Source of the DNA: Myxococcota bacterium
GTDB taxonomy: Bacteria > Myxococcota_A > Polyangia > Nannocystales > Nannocystaceae
Assembly (NCBI GenBank): GCA_039194325.1
Contig: JBCCWC010000010.1
Location: 32,001 to 96,000 of the forward strand
Length of the DNA stretch: 64,000 bases
Direction: 5' to 3'
Shown: piece after piece, positions 57,286-64,000 of the stretch
Layout: every line of letters starts with the position of its first letter
Position numbering within the stretch: the first letter of the stretch is position 1
Translations under genes and position numbers: made by a program
The notes under the pieces: generated by a model
What the model saw: only the letters and a program-made list of their open reading frames with translations
Databases searched by the model: none
Told to the model about the DNA's origin: nothing

Positions 57286-57477
57286 GGGGCAAGCGTAGCA
57301 TGGCTGGACACGTCGGTCTCTTCCTCTAGCCTGAGCGGCGATCGGGGCCAAGAGCCCGTGGTGAAACCCTCGCGCGGCCGGAACACTGTCGCCGTCAATG
57401 GCGAGTACGGTCAGGCCGGCGCTGCCGGAGCCGCCGAAGCTGCCGCCGCCAAAGTCGTCGATGACGACCTGACCGCC

Positions 57478-58548
57478 CTACGGTGCCGGCGGCTCGAAGT
57501 TGCTGCCCGGCGCGACCTCGTCGAAGCTCGACGTGGGTCGCCCCACGCGGACCTCGTCGAAGTAGAGGACCCGCTCCGCGGACGCGTCGCCCCATTGTTG
57601 ATTGGCGATGTCGAGCCCAAACCGGATGTGAAACGGGAAATCGGCGCTTCCCTGCGCCGTTTGCCCCTCGAAGTCGGCGTGCTGGGTCCACTCGGCCTCG
57701 TCCCGTAGCTTGTGCCAGAGCTTGATGTAGCCGTCGTCGTTCTTTTCGAACGAGGCTTCCATCACGAACTCGTGCCATTGTCCGGTCTCGAGATCCCACG
57801 TCTCGGTGTCGATGTTCAGATCTCCGCGACCCTTGAATACCCAGTGGTCGTCATTCAAGTTGACTCGGATCTGCGGAGGAGTCCCCGGAGGACCGTGGAT
57901 ATTCAACACGGTCACCCCACCGTTGTCCTTCATGGTCCAGTCGTCGGGGACATACACCGCCCACCCGGTCCAGCTGGTCGTACCCTGCTCGATCTGCACG
58001 GACTCACGATCCATCAGCAGGCCCCGCATCTTCACGTCACACGCGTTGCTCGTCCCCCAGGGCCACTCCTCCCGCATGACCAGACGCAACGCTGTGCCCC
58101 CGTAGGCGTCGGGAAGCTCGACGAACGAGAGCGCCTCATCGGCGAAGACCTCGCAGATCTGAGCCTCGAGCCCGTCGTGCCGCGTGCCGTGGGGCTGGGG
58201 AGCGCCGCTCTGGCCGTCGACCAGCCAAAAGAGATCTCCGATTCCCCCCACGGGCTCGCCCGTGTCGCCGGCTTGGCCCTCGTCGCTGCTGCCCTGTCCC
58301 CCGGCTCCCGAGCTGCTGTCGCCGTTGGAATCCGCGGGTCCTGGCTCGCTCGAACTACCCGAGCCATCGGGGCCACCGGTCGTGCCTATGGGCGAGGGCG
58401 AGTCGCTTGATGTTGCGCCCGAGTCGGTGCCCGAAGCGGGCGCCATTGTCGTTACTTCACCCGGCGGGGAATCGCACCCGGGGGCGAGCCCCAAGGCCAG
58501 CAAGAGCTGGCCGATCTTGCATTGGCCGGAGTGAATCGTTGATCGCAT
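57478..58548 (-). CDS. Polysaccharide-lyase-like (jelly-roll) lipoprotein
   Basis: LAPGC lipobox; Ser/Gly linker; WTGWAVYVPDDW, GQWHEFV..DGYIKLW, LYFDEVRVG. Confidence 0.65.
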   Translation of the reverse strand: MRSTIHSGQCKIGQLLLALGLAPGCDSPPGEVTTMAPASGTDSGATSSDSPSPIGTTGGPDGSGSSSEPGPADSNGDSSSGAGGQGSSDEGQAGDTGEPVGGIGDLFWLVDGQSGAPQPHGTRHDGLEAQICEVFADEALSFVELPDAYGGTALRLVMREEWPWGTSNACDVKMRGLLMDRESVQIEQGTTSWTGWAVYVPDDWTMKDNGGVTVLNIHGPPGTPPQIRVNLNDDHWVFKGRGDLNIDTETWDLETGQWHEFVMEASFEKNDDGYIKLWHKLRDEAEWTQHADFEGQTAQGSADFPFHIRFGLDIANQQWGDASAERVLYFDEVRVGRPTSSFDEVAPGSNFEPPAP

Positions 58549-58963
58549 GAATCGGGTCGCCACTTCGCACGAGTAGTTACGACCTCGGGTTTGTCGATCA
58601 CGAAGATCATGAGCGAACTTCGTAGTCGGGGATCCGTCGAACACATCAACCATGGGTTCGAGAGGACGCCTTCGGCGGGTCGCCGAGCCGCCGTACCATG
58701 AGCACCGTCATCGTTGTCGTTCGAGGTCGACGTCGCAACGCGCACTTTACGCGCATGTGGTTATTTGTAGCTTCTCTCACCAGTTAGATCCTGGCCGACG
58801 TGGTCGTGTCGCACGTGGAAGAGCGTCGGCGGACATGCACGGCTTCGCGGAGCCGCCCCGAAGAACCGCCTGAAGTCCCGAAATCTCGTAGTGGGACGAC
58901 GTTATTCGCGCTTCGCGCCGATCGGGGTCGACAGACGTTTCTGCGCTATGTTAGTTAAATGAT

Positions 58964-60784
58964 GTGTGGTCGATTAGTCGTATTTTCGGTCTCGGAATCC
59001 CCATCACGCTCGCCGCCCTAGCGGTCGCCACGCCCCGTGACGCCGACGCGTGCGGTGGCACATTCTGTGATGCGTTCACTCCCGACATGCCCGTCGATCA
59101 AACGGGTGAGGTCATCTTGTTCGCGTCCGACGGCGACTTCGTCGAGGCCCATGTCCAGATCCAGTACGACGGTGGCGACGCGGATCAGTTTGCATGGCTG
59201 GTGCCCGTGCCGGCGGTGCCTGAGATCGAGGTGGGCTCGTGGCGTCTGGTCCAGGGGGCGCTGCAGAGCACGCAGCCGGTCTACAGCCGCGAGGACAACT
59301 GGATCTGCGAGGACACGGGTCCCGATGACGGCACGGTCTTCATTGAGAGTCCCGACGGCGGCGGCGTAAGCCACGAGCCCGACGTCGGGCCCGACGTCAT
59401 CGCCCAGAGCGTGGTGGGGGCGTTCGAGTATGCGGTGCTCCAGGGCGGCAGCGCCGACACGATCAACGAGTGGCTAGCCGCCAACGACTACGCGACCGAT
59501 GCGGAGGCGCCCGAGATCCTCGACACCTATATCGCCGAAGGCTCGGTGTTCGTGGCCTTTCGGCTGCGGCACGGCGCTCAGGTGGAGGACATCCACCCGG
59601 TGGTGATCCGCTACCAGGGCAACGAGCCCTGCATCCCGCTGCGTCTGACCCGGATCGCAGCCAAGGAGGACATGGACATCACCGCGCTGTTCTTGGGCGA
59701 CGCGCGCGTGGTGCCCACCAGCTATCGCCACGTGATGCTCAACCGCGTGCGCCTGAACTGGGCCGCGGGCGGCAGCAACTACGCCGATCTGGTGAGCATG
59801 GCCGTCGATTCCCCCGGCGCCGACGGCCGCGCGTTCGTGACCGAGTATGCGGGTACCTCCGCGGCGGTCGACGGCGAGCTGTGGCTGAGCACCGAGGACT
59901 ACGACAGCAGCGCGTTCGTGAACATCGCGATCACCGACGTGGTCAACGAGCTCCAGGGCCAGGGGCTGGCCGCGTGTGACTCGGGGGTGTGCACCTATAA
60001 CCACGAGCTGGTGCCCTCGCTGCTGCACGAGTTCATTCCCGTGCCTCCGGGGCTGACCGATGAGGAGTTCTACGGCTGCCTGAGCTGCTACGCTCAGCTC
60101 ATCGATCTACAGGCGTGGGACGGAGCTGCCTTCGCGGCCGCCTACGACGAGCGCATCGTGGCGCCGCTGGACCATGGCCGGGAGCTGCTCGATACGTGGC
60201 CCTACCTTACCCGGCTCTACACCCGGATCTCGCCCCACGAGATGATTGCCGACCCAATGTTCGCCGAGGTAGAGGGCCTCGCCGATGTGCCCGCCCGGCA
60301 TGGGGCGAGGCGCGACGCCGAGTGCTGTGGCTACACCATGCGGTTGCCCGGCGGGCGGGTGGTCTTGTTGGGTGATTACGGCGCCTGGCCCTCGTTCGAC
60401 GCGCAGATGCCCTGGGCCGAGCGGATCGAAGAGTATGGGCCCGCGGGCGGAGCCCCGCTGACGCTGGTCAACGACAGCGCGCTCATCGATCAATTGCTCG
60501 CCGAGTGGAACGCTCAGGCGCCGTGCGGTGATGGGATCGGGCCGAGCCCAGGCAACGACGACACGGCTGGCGGTACGCTCGATGGCGGGTCGGCCGAGTG
60601 GGGCACGACCTTGGAGGAATTGACCTCGGGCGGGACCGGCTCGGGTACCGCGCCCCTCGACGAGGGGGATGGGATCGGGAGCTGCAGCTGCCGTCAACAG
60701 CCATCGAGCCCCGGGTCCCGGTTGTCGTGGTTGCTGTTGTTGCTCGGGCTGGGCGTTCGGACTGCGCGGCGGAGGACGGCCTAA
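58964..60784 (+). CDS. DUF2330 protein with MYXO-CTERM-like tail
   Basis: ACGGTFC, FAWLVPVP, WLAANDY, CIPLRLT, LTRLYTRIS; tail CSC..WLLLLLGLG..RRR. Confidence 0.85.
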   Translation: MWSISRIFGLGIPITLAALAVATPRDADACGGTFCDAFTPDMPVDQTGEVILFASDGDFVEAHVQIQYDGGDADQFAWLVPVPAVPEIEVGSWRLVQGALQSTQPVYSREDNWICEDTGPDDGTVFIESPDGGGVSHEPDVGPDVIAQSVVGAFEYAVLQGGSADTINEWLAANDYATDAEAPEILDTYIAEGSVFVAFRLRHGAQVEDIHPVVIRYQGNEPCIPLRLTRIAAKEDMDITALFLGDARVVPTSYRHVMLNRVRLNWAAGGSNYADLVSMAVDSPGADGRAFVTEYAGTSAAVDGELWLSTEDYDSSAFVNIAITDVVNELQGQGLAACDSGVCTYNHELVPSLLHEFIPVPPGLTDEEFYGCLSCYAQLIDLQAWDGAAFAAAYDERIVAPLDHGRELLDTWPYLTRLYTRISPHEMIADPMFAEVEGLADVPARHGARRDAECCGYTMRLPGGRVVLLGDYGAWPSFDAQMPWAERIEEYGPAGGAPLTLVNDSALIDQLLAEWNAQAPCGDGIGPSPGNDDTAGGTLDGGSAEWGTTLEELTSGGTGSGTAPLDEGDGIGSCSCRQQPSSPGSRLSWLLLLLGLGVRTARRRTA

Positions 60785-60786
60785 AA

Positions 60787-61749
60787 ATGCGATCCTATGC
60801 CGTAACTCCCCTTGTGGCCCCCCTTGTGGCCCCCCTTATGGCCCCCCTTATGGCTAGTGCGCTGGTCGGGCTCGCTTGCGGGCCGGGTGTCGAGCTCGAG
60901 ACCGGCGGCGATGCGTCGGCGGAGACATCGGGCTCGATGAATATGTCGGGCCCGACGGGCTCGGGCTCGATGACGGGCGCCACCGCGAACGCCTCGATGA
61001 CCGAGCCCGAAGCCTCCACCACCAGCGGCGTGGAGCCCGACGCCGAGGGTGGCTATGAGGACGACGGCAGTGGAACCGGCTGCACCTTCACCTGCCCGCC
61101 TCCGCCTCCGCCCCCGCCCGGCGGAGGCACGTGCAACTGCCCCGAGGGGGAAAAATGCATGCCCTGGGCCAACGATGGCGGCATGGAGTGGACCGGTATC
61201 CGCTGCTCGCCCGTCGCCAACAACCCGGGGCAGCCCGGCGATCCATGCACCGTCGAAGGCAACCAGTGGATCGGCGTCGATGACTGCGACGTCGACGCGA
61301 TGTGCTGGGTCACCGACCACGAGACCAACCAGGGCACGTGCATCGGCTTTTGCTCGTGGTTCGGGAGCGGACCCTGCGACGAAGACTACGAGTGCCAGGC
61401 TCAGCCGGGCGATCTGATGCTGCCGATCTGCGTGCCGATCTGCGATCCGACCGCGCCCGACTGCCCCGACGGCATGGGCTGCTTCCCCGGAGGGGCCTCG
61501 TTCACCTGTCAGCCCGCCGCACAGCGGCGCCTGCCGGTCGGAGCTCCGTGCCCCGATCCCCTCCTGTGCGAAGCCGGCGCGATGTGTGCCTTTGGGCTCG
61601 ACTGCGGCCAAGGCCCCGGCGAGGGATGCTGCGCGACGGTCTGCGACACTACCCTGCCCGATCCCTGTCCACTCCCCACGACCTGCACGCCGTGGTTCGG
61701 CGAAGCAGGCTCGCCTCAGTGGGACCACGTGGGCTACTGCGCCCCGTAG
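60787..61749 (+). CDS. Myxobacterial cysteine-rich lipoprotein (paralog of 14216-15124)
   Basis: GLAC lipobox; CPEGEKCMPWANDGG..PGDPCTVE..GVDDC..CW; 12-bp repeat (PL[V/M]A) in the signal peptide. Confidence 0.8.
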   Translation: MRSYAVTPLVAPLVAPLMAPLMASALVGLACGPGVELETGGDASAETSGSMNMSGPTGSGSMTGATANASMTEPEASTTSGVEPDAEGGYEDDGSGTGCTFTCPPPPPPPPGGGTCNCPEGEKCMPWANDGGMEWTGIRCSPVANNPGQPGDPCTVEGNQWIGVDDCDVDAMCWVTDHETNQGTCIGFCSWFGSGPCDEDYECQAQPGDLMLPICVPICDPTAPDCPDGMGCFPGGASFTCQPAAQRRLPVGAPCPDPLLCEAGAMCAFGLDCGQGPGEGCCATVCDTTLPDPCPLPTTCTPWFGEAGSPQWDHVGYCAP

Positions 61750-61911
61750 GGTCCCGATCCGTCCATCCATGCTGGCGCTCGACGCAGCGCGGAACGACTC
61801 CGTTGTAGACGATGCGGGGATCCTCGGAGCGCGGCGTGATCGTGGCGCACGGAGGATCTTGCCCGGTCCATGCTCGTATTCGAGCACGAGCGTTCTGATT
61901 ATCTTATAATT

Positions 61912-61930
61912 AATAATGAAAGTCATTTTC
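61912..61930 (+). promoter_or_regulatory. Fur box-like operator
   Basis: AATAATGAAAGTCATTTTC matches GATAATGATAATCATTATC at 15/19, in an AT-rich patch directly upstream of an iron-utilisation gene. Confidence 0.75.
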
Positions 61931-61953
61931 ATTTTCATTAAACTTACCGTGCT

Positions 61954-63054
61954 ATGCACGACGAAACCGGACAGCGCCTTGCTCCGGAGCTCCGCACCCA
62001 TGCCATGGAGGTCTTCGAGCAGCTCAACGAAGAGCACCCTGACACCGTGCTGTTCATCTCACGACCGGTCCTACGGCCCGAAGTGGTTCAGGCCAGCCTG
62101 GCCGACGTCGACGCGGATGGAATCGTCGTGTCGGGGCAGACCGAGCACGGTGGGACGGTCGGGGGGCGCCTGGCGTTCGACGAGCGCCCGTCCACCATGC
62201 CGGCAGTGCGAGCCCAGCTGCTGTCGATCTTGGAGCGGACCCGAACGGCGGCCGGTTCGTCTGTACCGTACACCAGCGTCGAGCTCGAGCTTCGAAAGGC
62301 CGCCGACCAGGGTCCATGGCTGGTGCAGGTCAAGCGTTCGAAGAAGCTCAACCCGAGGCTCCTCGAGCTCACCTTCAAGGGAGCGCCACGGGTGTTTACT
62401 CCGGTCGGTCTCGACCAATCGTTCTATGTTGTCGTTCCCCGCGAGCGGGGACACACTCAGTGGATCACGCCGACGCTTCGCGAGCATGACCTCGACCGCA
62501 TGCCGGCTGAAGAGCGTCCCTACGGGGCCTACTATGCTGTGCGTCAGTACCGGCCGGACGACGGCGAGATCGACCTGTGGATCATACTCCATGGCAATGA
62601 GGGCACCGTCTCGAACTGGGCACGTACGGCTCAGCCGGGTGATCGAGCCGCGCTATTCGGGCCGCGGAGCAGCTTCGAGTGGCCCGCGGACGCGCGGCGC
62701 GTAATCTTGCTCGGTGACGAGACGGCCTTTGCCGCGGTCGCGGCGATCGCCGAGTCCATGCCCCTGTCCGTTGACGTCGAGATCTACGTCGAGGCATCTG
62801 CCGCGTCGCAGATCATCGACTTCGGCCGGAGTGATCGCGTGCGCACTCACTGGTTGTTCCGCGGTGAGGACGCGCCCGGCTCGGGTTCCCGGCTGTTGGA
62901 TGCGCTCTGCGCCCAGGAGATCGACGAAGGGACTCACGTGTTCGCAGCCTGCGAGGCCACCCAGGCCCGCGCGATCCGCCAATATCTGCGGGTCAACTGC
63001 GGGCTCCCGCCCGCGCGTCGACGCGTGACCGCGTACTGGCGGTGGCACGTGTGA
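61954..63054 (+). CDS. Siderophore-interacting protein (ViuB/YqjH-like) with N-terminal DUF2470-like domain
   Basis: QLNEEHPD..ADVDADG N-domain; YAVRQY, LHGNEG..SNWARTAQPGD, GDETA, ACEA, AYWR. Confidence 0.85.
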   Translation: MHDETGQRLAPELRTHAMEVFEQLNEEHPDTVLFISRPVLRPEVVQASLADVDADGIVVSGQTEHGGTVGGRLAFDERPSTMPAVRAQLLSILERTRTAAGSSVPYTSVELELRKAADQGPWLVQVKRSKKLNPRLLELTFKGAPRVFTPVGLDQSFYVVVPRERGHTQWITPTLREHDLDRMPAEERPYGAYYAVRQYRPDDGEIDLWIILHGNEGTVSNWARTAQPGDRAALFGPRSSFEWPADARRVILLGDETAFAAVAAIAESMPLSVDVEIYVEASAASQIIDFGRSDRVRTHWLFRGEDAPGSGSRLLDALCAQEIDEGTHVFAACEATQARAIRQYLRVNCGLPPARRRVTAYWRWHV

Positions 63055-63145
63055 GCCGCTGTGGATGACATGACGGTCGGCGTGCGTGGTCGCCAGCGCT
63101 CCTCGTCCTGTGGCGCCGACCCGCGAGGACATGGGAGCTGTCGGG

Positions 63146-64000
63146 CTAGAGCGTGACCCACTGCTCGGCGAGATCCCAAAAGCGGCGGGCCTTGTCGTCG
63201 TCGAGCGCATCGTCGCTGGGCGGCACCGCGGCCCAATGCTGGAAGTAGCGCCCTCCTCCGTCGTCGAGCGCGTCGTCGCCGACGAGGCGGGCGAGGTTGG
63301 TCGCCGAGTCCTCCAGCGAGGTGGAAAAGGGCATCAGCGGCAGCACCTTGCTCAGGAAGAACCGCTTGAGCCCGGTAACCCCCTCGGCCGCGGTGGTGGG
63401 GACGAACCCAGGGGAGATCACGTCGCAACGGATCCCGTCGTTTTGCAGGCGATGGTCGAGCTGCCGCATGACCCACAGCAGCGCGAGCTTGCTGTTCTTG
63501 TAGGCGCGGTCCGGGTGGTAGTGCGCGTCCATGTGTGGGTCGCCGAAGCGGAAGTCGACCCCTGCGCCGCGCCTGCCCGGGCGATGCAACGACGAGCCCA
63601 GCGCGACCACCCGACCCGGCCGGCGGATCGCGTCGACGAGCAGGCGGGTGAGCAGCCACGGGGCCACCGCGTTGACGAAGAGCACCATCTCTACCCCGTC
63701 GGCGTTGCGTTGCTGCCGGGGCGAGGAGAACAGCATGCCCGCGTTGTGTACGAGCACGTCGAGCCGTAGCTCGTCGTCGTGGATCCCGCCGGCCAGCGCT
63801 CGAATCGAGGCCTGCGAGGCGAGCTCGACCGCGCGGCCCTCCACCTCCGCTCCGCGTACGGCACGGCGTAGCGCTCCGACGGCCGCGTCCGCCTTGTCCT
63901 GCGTACGCGCCGTCGCGATCACGCGATGCCCTGCTTCGAGCAGCTTCTTGGCGGTGGCGAACCCGATCCCTCGGTTGGCCCCGGTCAGGAGGATCGTCTT
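63146..64000 (-). CDS. Short-chain dehydrogenase/reductase (5' end outside window)
   Basis: KTILLTGANRGIG, HNAG, YKNSK. Confidence 0.92.
   Translation of the reverse strand, partial: KTILLTGANRGIGFATAKKLLEAGHRVIATARTQDKADAAVGALRRAVRGAEVEGRAVELASQASIRALAGGIHDDELRLDVLVHNAGMLFSSPRQQRNADGVEMVLFVNAVAPWLLTRLLVDAIRRPGRVVALGSSLHRPGRRGAGVDFRFGDPHMDAHYHPDRAYKNSKLALLWVMRQLDHRLQNDGIRCDVISPGFVPTTAAEGVTGLKRFFLSKVLPLMPFSTSLEDSATNLARLVGDDALDDGGGRYFQHWAAVPPSDDALDDDKARRFWDLAEQWVTL

Overview
GC-rich bacterial chromosome segment. The gene content points to a myxobacterium, probably Nannocystaceae-like: Ser/Thr kinase-TPR proteins, an ECF sigma factor, a MYXO-CTERM-like protein, a DUF1552/DUF1592 pair and paralogous Cys-rich lipoproteins. 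It holds about 50 CDSs and one tRNA-Ser(UGA); no CRISPR array, rRNA or intact transposase/integrase was seen. Two multi-gene systems stand out. (1) At 17.6-22.0 kb, an RtcR-like (CARF-type N-terminus) sigma54 activator lies divergent from a sigma54 promoter that drives rtcB2-prfH plus an uncharacterised basic protein, i.e. a putatively damage-inducible ribosome rescue/repair module. (2) At 42.4-56.8 kb, an uncharacterised set of three ATP-grasp ligases, a cyanophycinase-like S51 peptidase and two serine esterases suggests a non-ribosomal peptide/polymer make-and-break pathway. Also present: an orphan PstI/BsuBI-type methyltransferase followed by what looks like a stub of its deleted endonuclease beside the tRNA, a hairpin repeat in three copies (one next to a truncated NADAR gene), a degenerate kinase, a Fic protein, a RelE/ParE TA pair and a Fur-box-preceded siderophore-interacting protein. 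All family calls come from motif recognition by eye; no database searches were run.
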